From the human T2T-CHM13v2.0 reference genome, Homo sapiens, in NCBI RefSeq assembly GCF_009914755.1, contig NC_060940.1: a stretch of 64,000 nt of DNA; one strand, written 5' to 3'. Of the stretch, positions 15,714 to 35,311 are shown in pieces; position 1 is the first letter of the stretch, and the number at the start of each line of letters is the position of its first letter. Below the pieces are notes generated by a model, which saw nothing but the letters and a program-made list of their open reading frames with translations, was not told the origin of the DNA and did not search any database. The position numbers were made by a program, and so were the translations under genes.

Positions 15714-16964
15714 CTGCAAAAAAAAGCAGCCAGCTGGTGAGACTCCAACTACAGTTAGCTCAGGCTCACTGTGGGGTGCTGTTGGCATTCCCCTTTCACC
15801 CCAGAGCAGTCTGCACCAAGAGCAGCTGCAGTGTAAGGCGTGGGGTGGAGACAGACCCTGGCCAATCCCCCTGGCTTCCTTCCCCTCATGGGGCGTGGAG
15901 TTGGTTGCTCAGGATCCCTGGGCAAGTCACGTTATTCTGAGTGTTGGCTCGGGGTACACGGGGTGTTCCTGGAGTAAGTTCTGGTGGGACTTGTTAAACC
16001 GCTTGGGCTGTGGAGCTTCTTGCTCAAGCCCCGAAGTCCTGACCTGAAATAACACAGGGCTCCAGTGGAACTCAAGCCCCAGTGGCCTCCCGTGGCCTGA
16101 GAATAAAATCCAAATTTCTTGCCTTGGCAACTAAGGCTCCGCGTGATCTGGCCTCTGTCCACGTGTCCATAATCTCCTACATCCCTCCCTCCAACAGGCT
16201 CCAGCCACGCTGGCTTCAGGCCATCGCCTGCCTCTCAGATCTGCCCACTCAGAAAGCTCTTGTTCTGCTTTCAGGCATGGCTGGCTGGCTTATCTTCATG
16301 TGTCCGCTTACATGTCACCTCTGGAGAGGCCATGTCTGACCACATCAGCCAGACCACCCTGTTCGTTGCTATCGTTGCACTCTATTGGTTCTTATTAGAT
16401 ACTTATCACAATTCCTAATTCTATGATAATTTGTTTGTTGGAGTTTTTTTTTTGAGACAGAGTCTTACTCTGTTACCCAGGCTGGAGTGCAGTGGCACGG
16501 CCATGGCTCACTGCGCCTCAACCTCTCAGGCCCAAACTATCCTCCCACTTCAGCCTCCCAAGTAGCTGGGACCATAGGCATGTACCTTAATGCCCGGCTA
16601 ATTTTTAATTTTGTTTTTTTTTTTTTGAGATGAGGGTCTCACTTTCTTGCTTGAACTCCTGGGCTCAAGTGATCCTCCCACCTTGGCCTCCCAAAGTGCT
16701 GGGATTACAGGCGTGAGCCACTGTACCGGGCCGATATGTTCGTTAGTATCACTCAGTAAGCTTCCTGAAGGCGGAGACCATATGTGCTTATTCACTATTG
16801 CATTCCCAGCCCCTGATACCAAGCCTTGAATGTTGTAGATGCACAGTAAGTCTTTGTTGTAGAATAAGTGCACGCACGAACAACGTCAACAGCAAGGAGC
16901 TGAACTCAGTCTTGTTATAAAAACTGAAGAGCTTGGTCTGTTTTCTTTTCTTCCTGCTTTCTAA

Positions 16965-17135
16965 TATAAGCATTAAAAGCGATAAATTTCTCTCTGAGCA
17001 CTGCTTTAGCTGCATTCCACAAATGTGCATAGGTTGTATTGTCATTATCATGTAGTTAGAAATTTTTTCTAATTTCCCTTGTGATTTCTTCTTGACCTAT
17101 TGATTTTTTTACAAGTGTGTTGTTTAATTGCCAGG
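16965..17135 (-). mobile_element. Old L1 fragment
   Basis: ataaatttc.ctctgagcactgctttagctgcat.ccacaaat...ttttctaatttcccttgtgatttcttc matches the L1 ORF2 reverse strand. Confidence 0.7.
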
Positions 17136-17379
17136 ATATCTAACAGATATCTACATATCCTAGATAGCTCATTATAGATTTACAACATAACTCTGTTGTG
17201 ATTAGACAACTTGCTTTGTTTGAATTCAGTCATTTTGGGCCTCTTCTCAAATGGAAGAAGCCTCAGGGATTCCTAGTGCTCTGGGTATTGGTACCAAAAA
17301 ACCAAAACTCAAAACTAAAACAGAGTGCTTGGACATCTTTTCCTTGTGAGGTTAAACGTTTTTTAAAGACAATACTCAC

Positions 17380-17429
17380 ACTCTTTCCTTCAGCATTCAT
17401 CCCAGATGGTTCTTGGAGACCGGAAGGGG
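17380..17429 (-). CDS. PKD1L2: PKD1L2 exon 9 (50 nt)
   Basis: Acceptor tgtgttcacag|CC. Encodes PSGLQEPSGMNAEGKS. Donor AGT|gtgagt, phase 0. Confidence 0.9.
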
Positions 17430-17910
17430 CTGTGAACACAGTGGGAACGGGTATCAAGCTTTGGTTGGAAACCTTATAAAAGGCTGTCAAAATATAGAGT
17501 CAGAGAGTCATGTGGAAAATGCCACCAGGGGCATCAGCCTGTCTTTGAAAATGGTTTAAGGGAACATAGCAAACATTCAGGTCCTAGGGAAATGGATTAA
17601 AAGTGAGTCATCTTGTCCACCACTGGACTAAAGACACCCCTTTGGTAGTTGAGAAAGAGGCAGCTGCCAGTGCAGATAAAACACAAGATTTAGAGTCAGA
17701 CAGATGCAGCTATGCACTGCTAATGTGTGTTTTTGTTTTGTTTTGTTTGTTGTTTTTGTTTTTTGAGACACAGTCTTGCTCTGTCTCTCAGGCTGGAGTG
17801 CAGTGGGGCAATCTTGGCTCAATGCAACCTCTGTCTCCTGGTTCAAGTGCTTCTCCTGCCTCAGCCTCCTGAGTAGCCGGGATTACAGGCACCCACCACC
17901 ACACCCAGAT

Positions 17911-18235
<325 letters not shown>

Positions 18236-18794
18236 AACCCAGATAATTTTTTGTATTTTTAGTAGAGACGGCGTTTCACCATGTTGGCCAGGCTGGTCTT
18301 AAACTCTTGACCTCAGGTGATCCGCCCATCTCAACCTCCCAAAGTGTAGGGATTAGAGGCATGAGCCACTGCACCCAGCCTGCACTGCTAATGTTTAACT
18401 ACCAGTAAAGGAGGTGGGAGTGAGGAGCCCTGATTTGTAGGGTTTGTCAATTTCCATGGTATAAATGTTCCCACCAATCTATAAGCCTGATGCTACTGAA
18501 TATAGAGTGAGGAGAGATGGGCACGCTCACCTCTGGCAAGTGGGTGGAGTCGGCACCACACACTACCCTGTTGTCAGATCCTCTTACTGGCCTCCCATTG
18601 GCTATGTGAACCGGGCAGGTGAGTTATCCTCTCTGAGTCTTGGTTTCCTCATTTGTAAAAATACCTGGAGTCCATCCCCATTTCTCAGGGCTCCAGGAAG
18701 ACTGAATGTGGTGCTGTTTATAGAATTGCTTTGTAAACTATACATCTAGAAAGAATGTCATCCTGGCTAACACAGTGAAACCCCATCTCTACTA

Positions 18795-19037
<243 letters not shown>

Positions 19038-20639
19038 TCAATTGATGTCTCTGAAAATATATATATTTTTGAGATGGAGTCTAGCTCTGTTGCCCAGCCT
19101 GTAGTGCAGTGGCGTGATCTCGGTTCACTGCAATCTGCCCCTCCCGGGTTCAAGCAATTCTCCTGCCTCAGCCTGCTAAGTGGCTGGGGTTATAGGTGTG
19201 CACCACCACACCCAGCTAATTTTTGTATTTTTAGTAGAGACAGGGTTTCACCATGTTGGCCAGGCTGGTCTCGAACCTCTGACCTCCAGTGATCCACCCG
19301 CTTCGACCTCCCAAAGTGCTGGGATCACAGGCGTGAGCCACTGTGCCTGGCCTACTGAAAATATTGAAATATTAATGATTAATATCTAATTAAAGTGTAG
19401 TGCTTAAAGTAGGAACTTAGAGTTATTTCATGTGATTCACTAAGGCCCTGGATATATTAAGGTCTGAGTACCACTGATCTTTAAAAAATTCTCTCCCAGT
19501 GAATTCTCATTCACACAACTATAATTCCAAAGGCATGTAAAACTGTACAAATCAAGGCTAAGATGCCAGAGAAAGGGGACTTTCTTAACCTTAAGAAGGA
19601 AGGCAGTCCAATCACCCTGAATGAAAAAATTAGGAGAAACATTTGCTGCCTTTGATCCTGCATGAATCAGCCATGTGACTTCTGCAAAGTCAATTAAACT
19701 TTCTGGGTCTCAAATCCCACATCTGGCTGTCGAATTTCCAGGCATCTATGATCCCCTCCCTTGGTAGCAGCATCTACGGGTGATATTTTCCCTAAGAACC
19801 ATCCCTCCCCAACTCTCAGGCCTTGGTTTGGGTGAAGCTGACCCTACATTGTACTCCAGCGTGGGCGTGAGACCCTGACCTGCCAAACTGACTGCTGCTT
19901 CCCCTGGTCTCAGCAGCTGGTCCAGGAGAAACCATGAACTGAGCTTCAGCCAGCAAGAGGCAGCCTCAGGACTTCTACTAGAAATATCCATCAAGACGTA
20001 CTCTTTCTCCTCTGGGGTTAAAGATCAAAGCCTGGGGTCATCTTGCTACTGCTGGGAAGAGAGAATCCAAAAGAAGTCAACACAGAACCAGAGGAGGAAA
20101 GAGGCAGGTTTCTGAAGACACTGTCTGAGCGACTCATCCAGCTGTGTTTAAGAACAGGTCTACTCCCTGGGCTTTTCATTTTCATTTTCTTTTTTCTTTT
20201 TTTTTTTTGGTGGGGGGGTGGGGACACCATCTCACTTTGTCACCCAGGCTGGAGTGCAGTGGCATGATCTTGGCTAAATGCAACCTCTGCCTCCCAGATT
20301 CAAGCAATTCTCCTGGCCTCAGCCTCCCCAGTAGCTGGGACTACAGGTGTGTGCCACCACGCCCAGCTAATTATTGTATTTTTAGTAGAGACAGGCTTTC
20401 GCCATGTTGGCCAGGCTGGTCTCAAACTCCTGACCTCAAGTGATCCACCACCTCGGCCTCCCAAAATGCTGGGATTGTAGGCATGAGCCACGCACGGTGC
20501 CCAGCTGGCTTTTCATTTTCTGAGCTGATAAAATTTCCTTTTGACCCAAGCCAGTTTCAGCTTCGTTTCTGTCCCTTGCTACTTGAATTGTCCTAGCAAA
20601 CACATTCAAGTGAACCCTACCTCTGTGATGGCTACTCTC

Positions 20640-21135
20640 AGCTAGTTCCCCAACAGCCATTACCCCAGCCTTCCTCCTGGCAGCCAGAATCCACCTTCTC
20701 CCACAGAAACTGAAAATGCTGGGTATCTGCTTTTCCAGTGCACTTTATAGCAGCGGACCTGACCCTACTTTGGTCATGGTATCTGAGGTGATGATTGCTT
20801 AGAGAGAGTGGGAAAGATTTTTCCCCTAATAAAAAGAGGTGCACAGGAGGAAACCCCTGCTCCCGCTGCTGGTACGCTGCGTTGACATGTAATATCCGGA
20901 ACTGCAGCAGTCACTTTGATTCCTTGAGCAACAAGCCTAAGGCAGCACCAAAGCTCTAAGGATGGCAGACGAGAAAGATAGACTGAGCCTGGTTTCTCGC
21001 TGGCATCACTGAGCCACCGAACCAACCCTGGAAGTGCTTACCTCCTAACTTCTTATGTGAGTCAAGAAAGCCCTGAATCTGAAGCTACTTAGGTTGGACC
21101 TTCTGTTACTTGCAGCTTAAAGCATCATAATGAAC
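20640..21135 (+). mobile_element. Old MLT1 (J/K-like) LTR
   Basis: gggaaagatttt, actgcagcagtcacttt, gagcctgg...atcactgagcc and 3' end ttctgttacttgcagc..aaagcatc. Confidence 0.6.
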
Positions 21136-21170
21136 GCAAACTCTTGTTTTAGAATTCTGTGTCAGTGGTT

Positions 21171-21575
<405 letters not shown>

Positions 21576-21676
21576 TCAGAGCCGTGTTTGGAAAGGCCCC
21601 TCACTGGAGCCCAAGCAGGTGCAATGCTCTGGACTCTTGGTAAAAGGTTTTATGCTCCCTTGCAGAAACACCTTGC

Positions 21677-21754
21677 CTGTGATAGTGATGTTCCCGATTT
21701 CCAAACTCAGGTTGGAGAAGGCATTCCTCACCAGCATGGTGACCAGAAAGGTGC
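21677..21754 (-). CDS. PKD1L2: PKD1L2 exon 8 (78 nt), followed by a GC donor
   Basis: Acceptor ctttgtattgcag|GC. Manual translation [25 protein letters not shown]. The phase-1 donor CAG|gcaagg is needed to fit exon 9. Confidence 0.9.
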
Positions 21755-22132
21755 CTGCAATACAAAGGACCCAGAGTCACAGCCATTGTCATGAACTTGA
21801 CCAAGAAAACTCTCCCAGCTTGCTTCTCTAGTCCACCGATGCCTCCAACGAAATCTTTCACCTCTGAGCATTTAATGAATCCCTGCTGTATGTCAGGCAT
21901 GGTGCAAGGCTCTGGGGACACAGAGATGAAGGAGCTTGGTTCTTGTCCTCAAGGGCCTTATCATGTAGTAGACACATAGGACAGTGAACGCCAAACCACG
22001 GGAGGAATCGGCATGGGGCACAGTGGGCATTGGGTGGGGCCGCTTCAACCTCAGGAGAGAAAGAAATGGTTCACAGGATAGAGCCAGGGCTGGAGCTAAA
22101 TTCCAAAGGAGAAGTAGGTTCTCGATAGATAA

Positions 22133-22708
<576 letters not shown>

Positions 22709-23689
22709 TAATTGCATTTGGCTGGGAGTCGGCCAAGACATGGGTCAGAATGTTCTGTGGACCAGATGTGTGCCTTGGGGAGACGGATGCTGACGAGGGG
22801 AGGGAGAATGAGGAGAGTCCAACAGAGAGGGGAGGTGGCCAGGGAGAAGCAGCCAGGGCGTGTGGCCAGCTAAAGGGGAGGCATCCCCCACCACCCCAGG
22901 AACAAAGGCCTATAAGGCCCAGCTGGGGGCCCCAAGAACCCAGAGAAGCTCCTACAAGAAAGAGGCAGCTTGAAACATCTGCTAGCCCTCAAGAGCCAGG
23001 CCAGCTAGGACTCGGCCAGCACCACCAAGTGCAAATGTCCCTGCCCTGTCCCGTTCCCTTTCCATCCTTCCACTCCCGCCACCCCTGGAGTCATCCAAAT
23101 CTGTTGGCCTTAGGGGCAGGAACAGTCTGTTAATCATCTAATAGTGAGCAAAAGTCACAAAGCACATGGATATTTTATCAGAGAGGGATCATCTTCCCCT
23201 GTGGAGTGACCTTTATAGCAGCGACTTTCATGGCAGGAGTAATTTTTATAGGTGACAAAGCAAAACCTGCATCTGGCTTATAACCCACGCGTGGTGTGAT
23301 TTTCCAGCTGCAGCAGCCTCTAGACTTTCCCTCTTCCAAGCTGGACCCTTGGTATCTGGCAAAGCCCGGATGGTTTTCTTCTCAAACCTATTGTCCCTTC
23401 TGCTATCTGGTTTGTGGAGTTGCTTGCAGAGGGCATGGTAACCCCACACCTGCACAGTATCACCCGTTTTCTAACACACTTCTGAGATCCAGGGGGAGCT
23501 ACGGGCAGGTCCTGGATGGGCTGGAGACTCTGCCATTCTCATCACATTTCTGCCTGCTGATCTCATCCGGGCCCTCAAGAACTCTCTGTTCCTTACAGAT
23601 TAAATGCAAATGGGCGCTGTGGCCACCTCCCCTGGCTGGTGCCTGCCAGTCTGTCCTCCCGTCAGCATCATTGCAAATACTTCTGAGAT

Positions 23690-24876
<1,187 letters not shown>

Positions 24877-25009
24877 CTTCCTCTCTCCATCCCCATCTCT
24901 GCCATTCTTGGTTTTTACCTCTTTCCCGCTAGGGCATCACCTGCAGTTCCCCAAACCACACTCTTCTCTAGAGATGTTTGAAGAAATCTGAATATGCCTG
25001 GTCTCTTAC

Positions 25010-25215
25010 AGGGGCCCTAAATGGGGGTGATTTTGCCCCCCAGGGGACATTTGGCAATGTCTGACATTTTTGTCATCATGACTTGGGGTGCTGGTGTTAC
25101 TAGCATCTGGTGAATAAAAGCCAGAGATGCTGCTAAAACTCCTTCAGTACCAGCCCCCAACTGTAACGAGGAATGATCCAGCTCCGAATGTCAGAAGTGC
25201 CGAAGTGGAGAGCTG
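25010..25215. mobile_element. MER20 DNA transposon
   Basis: gggggtgattttgccccccaggggacatttggcaatgtctg...gatgctgctaaa...aatgtca.aagtgccga.gtggaga. Confidence 0.85.
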
Positions 25216-25391
25216 ATAACTCAACGATGGCAGATTACATCTGGCTGTTCCTTATCTTATGACCCAGGCAGGATGCTGTGAACCAAATCTATGTCCCGGA
25301 CACACTGGAAAACTGGCCGGCAGGACCCTGGGCACCAAGTCACAAAGGGAAGAGGAGGGGCATCAGAAGGGGAGCCACTAACCCCATGTAC

Positions 25392-25796
25392 CTTCAACCG
25401 GAACAGCCAGGCGGCAAACCCCAAATGGCTCTCCAAAGCTCACTTGCTCGTGGGAGAAGGTTGCATTGAGTCCAGCCACCTCAAAGGTCAGCTCTTCCGG
25501 GGTGCCCTGAGCCAATGAGATGGTGATCAATAGGTCCTGTCCAAGCTCCAAATGGTCAGAAGCCCAGGAGGCCTGCAGCCCTGACAGCAGCTCCACCAAG
25601 TGGACTGTAATGTTTCTGGAGATTGTAGAGGTGGTGGTGTTGCCGGTGGCTTGGATCTCCAGGCGGTGCCTCCCAGGGCCCATCAGTTTCTGGGTTTCTC
25701 TGTCCAGGATCAGATTGTACGGTAGCGAGCCCTTTTGGGTGGTGGACTCGGCCAGGGTTATGTCACCCAAAAGCACAGTGTAAGTCACTCCTGTTC
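25392..25796 (-). CDS. PKD1L2: PKD1L2 exon 7 (405 nt)
   Basis: Acceptor ccccacttag|GA. Lies in ORF 25378..25788 ([14 protein letters not shown]...RLAVPVE). Donor G|gtacat. Confidence 0.95.
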
Positions 25797-25960
25797 CTAA
25801 GTGGGGTAAGAAAAATTAAAGAATGTTGGTAACAACCATGCGGTTGATAATACTATGGCAGCTCAGAGTCAGTCTCTGAAGCCTGATTCTGGATACAAAC
25901 TTGGATACAGATGCAGACATAAAGAAATATGTAAGGATATGCCCCCTTCTCAAATATTAA

Positions 25961-26197
<237 letters not shown>

Positions 26198-27221
26198 TAG
26201 CCAGGATGGTCTTGAACTCCTGACCTTGGATTTGCCCGCCTCAGCCTCCCAAAGTGCTGGGGTGACAGGCGTAAGCCACCGCTCCCGGCCGTGATTTTGT
26301 CATCTGGGGGTCCGCTCTGTTCATTTGCATATTCTAACTTATTTATACTATACATGTCTTACCCGAGAACCTAAATATTTGTAATTAAAAAATTACCACA
26401 TTTAGTTGCCAGGGATGTCCTGGTCGGGGGAGGAGGAGGAGGACTAAAAGGGAGCATTTCTTAAGGGTGGGGGCTGATTTTTATGCATGAGAATTAGCTT
26501 TGGGTCTTGTTTTAAGCAGGAGCAAGTAAAGCCATTCCTTCATCCTACACTGGTGACCGCCCAGAACCCTGCAAACCAACATGAGAACTCAGCCCGTTCA
26601 CGGGAAGATGGGGGCTCCCTTGCAGGTTGCAGATGGTTGTTCTTACTGGATGATAAATATTGCGGTTGACTCTTAAAATCTGACTTAAATCAACAAATTA
26701 GGATTCCTTCCAATAAAAACCAAGCTAGCGTAGTTCTCATCTGGGTGATGATGATGATAACTACGATATAAGCCCCATGAGAATGGGAACCCTGACTTTC
26801 ATATTTACTGCTGCCTCGCCCACACCCGGCAGAGTAGTAGGCACTCAATTATATTAGTAGGATGAGTAAATAAATGAAGGATTATTTTGTTTCCTCAGGG
26901 GAACATATGAGCCCTCTTCATCCAACAAACATGCAAGAACAGAAGGGGTTTCCTGAGGGCTGTGTTAAAGCCCCATTATGACTTCCACAGCTATTGCTAT
27001 GAGAGGGCTCCAGGTGGGATGTGAGGTCAAACCGAGCCACCTGCTCATTGCACTAGCTCTCTGCTGCCCTGTTTACATCAACAGGCCTCTATTCTAATCT
27101 CAAACTGGTCCTGGGCTTCAGGAAAAACGCTGCCCTGGGTGAGGATGAGTCTTAGCCAGGAGAGTCTCTATTGAGAGAAAGGATGATAATTTAAAATATT
27201 TAACAACCAGCACAGCATGGG

Positions 27222-28102
<881 letters not shown>

Positions 28103-28531
28103 CTCAGCCATAACAGTTGGCATGGCTATACCAGTGGGTGCAGCTGAATACTGGCCTTGGCCAGGGGCAACTTGATTGTGCCAAGCTAGTCGATGCTGGC
28201 TGTACTGAGATGGGCTCAGGCCCAGTTGGTAGCAGTCCCAGTGCCACCTCATCCTAGTTAAATTCCCAAAAGGAAGTGACTCGGAAGTTCGGTTCTACAG
28301 GGATGCAAAGAAGGGCCTTTGGAAGGCTAGGAGCACTCACTACCTTACTAGCCTTCTGACTCTGGGCAAATGTTTTAACCTTTCTGTGTCTTCATTTCTT
28401 CATCTGTAACATGAAGATAATACTACTATGTAATGAGTAGACAAGTTTATGCAAAGCACTTAGAACAGTGCCTGGCACACACTAGGTGCTAAATAAATGA
28501 ATAAATGATAGTTTAAAAATGAACTCGGTCA

Positions 28532-28848
<317 letters not shown>

Positions 28849-29233
28849 TTACTTTTTTTTGAAACAGGGTCTCACTCTGTTGTCCTGGCTGGCATGCAGT
28901 AGCATGATCTCAGCTCACTACAGCCTCGACCTCCCGGGTTCAAGCCATACTCCCACCTCAGCCACCCAAGTAGCTGCAACTACAGGCATGTGCAACCATA
29001 CCTGACTAATTTTTGTACTTTTTGTACAAATGGGGTCTCACCCTGTTGCCCAGGCTTGTCCCGAACTTCTGGGCTCAAGCGATGCGCCCGCCTCAGCCTC
29101 CCAAAGTGTTGGAATTGCAGGCTCAAGCCACTGCACCCAGCCCACTATTTATTAAGGTCTGGGAGTTGGATAGATTTGGAGGAAATCAGAGATTTTATAG
29201 CTTGCCTTGATGTGCCCAATTCTGCAGACTCAC

Positions 29234-29463
29234 CTCCATCAAGCTCCACCTGAATCCACAGAGGATCCCCAAAGACAGCCTGGCAGAGAGGGCCGGCTCC
29301 TGACTGGGACAGGCCGGAGCATGCAGTCACACTGAGCGTCTCCATCTTGTCTCGCACGGTCACCTGCCTCTGAGCTGTCACATGCCACTCACTGGTTGTG
29401 CATTCAGCAAACACGGTGAATTCCCCAGGAGATGTGAACTGGTGGGTCACATTGCTGGACACA
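29234..29463 (-). CDS. PKD1L2: PKD1L2 exon 6 (~230 nt); 5' boundary uncertain because there is no AG at the expected position
   Basis: Encodes [21 protein letters not shown]...WIQVELDG (PKD-type H.F..PG.FTV motif). Donor G|gtgagt. Expected acceptor reads ggcaa|T; alternative in-frame AGs would start the exon at 29454 or 29529. Confidence 0.9.
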
Positions 29464-29530
29464 TTGCCGGCCACAGTCAGGGACATGACCAGTGTTGGGG
29501 AAACACAAAGACACGCATTTACACATGCAC

Positions 29531-29722
29531 TGACAGGGTTTGGATCTGCGCTCCTGCCCAAATCTCATGTTGAATTATAATCCCCAATGTTGGAGGTGGG
29601 GCCTGGTGGAAGGTGATTGGCTCATAGGGGCGTTTTCTCGCGAGTGGCTTGGCACCATCGCCCTGATGCTGTTCTCTTGGTAGTGAGTGGGTTTTCACAA
29701 GATCTGGTTGTTTAAAAGTGTA
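29531..29722 (+). mobile_element. MSTA-like LTR fragment next to the exon-6 acceptor region
   Basis: tgaca.ggtttggatctg...cccaaatctcatgttgaattataatccccaatgttggaggtggggcctggtgg matches the MST 5' end. Truncated by an Alu at 29727. Confidence 0.85.
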
Positions 29723-30502
29723 TGGCTGGCCAGCCTTGGTGGCTTATGCCTGTAATCCCAGCACTTCGGGAGGCCGAGGCGGGCAGATCGCTTGAGGTCA
29801 GGAGACAGAGACCAGCCTGGCCAACGTGGCGAAACCCCATCTCTACTAAAAACACAAAAGTTAGCTGGGCGTGGTGGTGCACACCTGTAATCCCAGGTAC
29901 TAGGGAGGCTGAGGCAGGAGGATCGCTTGAACCCAGAAGGCGGAGGTTGCAGTGAGCTGAGATCGCACCACTGCATTACAGGCTGGGCGACAGAGTAAGA
30001 GCCTGTCTCAAAAAAAAAAAAAAAAAAAAAAAAAAATCCAGCGAGTACTAGTAACACTAGCAATAATAGTAACAACTTAGACTATGTCGTTCCTGGCCTG
30101 AAAACCCTCCTATTATCCTCTGTAGTGGGTGCTACAGGGAATCCCCCAGATTCCACCCTTCAAGCCTGAGCATGCATTCCCCCAGTACACCTGTGAGCTG
30201 TGGCTGAGGGCTTACAGCTGAATCCATGTCCAGGAGTCCCTTTTAGCCAAAGGGAGCTGCCTCGCTCAAACCTACCTCCCCTCCCATGGACATCCTGCAC
30301 CCCACGAGTGCTCAGTGCCGGGGTATAATGGTCTGGCTCTCTGGCCTCAACTGGAAGCAACTCTGAGGGCCATCTCTGCTCAGAGGTTTCTGCAGGATCG
30401 TCAGGGTCTCTGTGGCCCCTGCATCCCAGTTCAACTCTCCTCTTGCCCCATCTTACTACTCCCTTCCCATGCTCCACAACAGAGTCTGTTTCCTGGTTCC
30501 TG

Positions 30503-31618
<1,116 letters not shown>

Positions 31619-32459
31619 GACCCCACCTACGTTAGACTGGCTAGCATCAACAGCTCTTCAGGACCAGGCTCCTGCTGAGTTTTTCAGCATCTTTCACTCT
31701 TCCACAGAGTCCTGAACTCCAGGCATGGCGAGGTCCTTGCAGTTATTTGAATACGCCACATGCTTTCAGGTCCATGCTACTCTCTTTTCTCTAGATCCAT
31801 TGCTCTTTCCTTATAATTCTGGTTCCCCGAGAGAGGACTTTAGCTCTAGGTCACTCTAAGGCTCCTGTTGTTTTGTGGATTATTAGTTTCAGACAAATCT
31901 CTGCACACCCAACATCAGCTGTGCGCAGAAGCAGCAGATTAACGGAAGAACAATGTCAATCCCTAGATTTGTCAGAAGGTGGCGCTCAGCTAACCAACGC
32001 TGGATTTACACAGATTTCACCAAAAGCAAATTGTTCTGTAAGGCCCGTAATACAGTTTCAGAAATGTGGAAAATTTTCCATGACAAACACAGAAAAAAAA
32101 AAGGTCCTCCATGCAAATGAATATAAGGCAAGGCAAAAAGGAGCTTCTAACAGAGAAGTCTTCTGACTCCTAAGCAATGCAATTCTTCCCAGGAGCTCTT
32201 ATTATTTATCAACAATGGATACGAAGGGTTTGATTTAAACATCTCACCTCTTAGACTAATGATGAGTTAAGAAAAAGGAGGCTGTACCAACACATAAGAG
32301 AAAAGCACAGGGATATTTACACAAAAAAATGTGGCTTCCGTACATTCAAAAATCAAAATTCATGCTATTTTCCCTATCATAACCTGAGTTCTGTGGCTGC
32401 TAGTATTGATAAGAAGGCATCAGAAAGGCATTTCCCAGTATTTATAAAAATGATTTTTA

Positions 32460-32876
<417 letters not shown>

Positions 32877-33432
32877 CTATTTCCTTTGAAAGAGAAAAAA
32901 ATGTCAGTGATTGTTGTTTAGAGCTAATGCCCAGAGAGACTGCAAATGTCAAACAGTGCTGTGTCTTAGATTTTAATCGCACAAAAACTTCCAGAGAGTA
33001 ATACAACAAACACCCTTGGATTCGCCATCCAGACTTAACAAACATTAACATTTGGTCCCATTTGCTTCTGTTCTAAACCACTGTTTATCACTGAAAAGTC
33101 CTGTGTAGCTGTGGGTCATAGCGGGGCTACATTTAGGCAATTTTGACTTATGCCAAATTCAAGTTCTACAAGATTTGGGGGCTGAAAGATTGTGTAACTT
33201 ACAATCTGTCGTTTTCTTTACAAACTCATAGCAGTCAGGAAGAAACCCACAGAACAGTGGCATAGGTATTTGTATCACCCAGATATTTGCCCCCAAAACA
33301 TCACTGTAAATAGTTTCTCATTTGACACCACGAAACATTCAAGGCAGCCACGAACACAAATGTGACAGGGGGCCATGTGCTGTGGCTCACGCCTGTACTA
33401 CCAGCACTTTGGGAGGCCGAGGGGGTAGATCA

Positions 33433-34167
<735 letters not shown>

Positions 34168-34197
34168 ACCTGGCTCAAGGCTCAGAGATTTCTCTTA

Positions 34198-34443
<246 letters not shown>

Positions 34444-34592
34444 TTATGTGGGTCTTTTTTTTTTTTTTTTTTTTTTCTCACAGGGTCTTGCTCTTTCACC
34501 CAGGCTGGAGTACAGTGATGCGATCATGGCTCACTGCAGCCTCGATCTTTCCAGGCTCAGGTGATCTTCCCACCTCAGTAGAGACTGAGTAG

Positions 34593-34853
<261 letters not shown>

Positions 34854-35200
34854 TGACTTCAAGTGATCTACTCCCCTCAGCCTCCCAAAGTCCTGGGATT
34901 ACAGGCATGAGCCACCACACCCACCCTAATTTTTAGATTTTTTGTAGAGACGGGGTTTCTCCACGTTGCCCAGGCTTGTCTCCAACTCCTGGGCTCAGAC
35001 TATCCTCCTGCCTCCCAAAGTGCTGGGATTACAGGCGTGAGCCACCGCGTCCAGCCAAGGGGAGCAACTCTGAATGAGGGAGTCTCTTAGCACACAGAGA
35101 TCAGCCCACGTGGGTGGCTGCTGTCTCTGTTTTCAGGGGAAGCTGGACATGCCATAAAATCAGAGGGACATTTCTATGCTCAAGCAAGTCGGGGACTCAC

Positions 35201-35311
35201 CTTCCCGGCACTGGTACTGCACCCACAGGTAACTGCCCTGAGTCGGACACAGGTTTCCAAAGTAGGTCTCATCTGCTGCCACCTGGCATGACTGTAGCCC
35301 CTAGCACTGGC
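35201..35311 (-). CDS. PKD1L2: PKD1L2 exon 4 (111 nt): second part of the SUEL domain, with a premature TAG at codon 220
   Basis: Absent from the ORF track. Manual translation after gcttcccag| gives (G)[35 protein letters not shown], matching the SUEL C-terminus (FG..CP...YL.V.YQC). Donor G|gtgagt. Confidence 0.95.

Noticed and set aside
35250-35262. Possible frameshift near codon 236, where I recall a common indel
   Set aside because: The sequence reads TTT GGA AAC CTG and the exon is 111 nt, so the frame is intact here.
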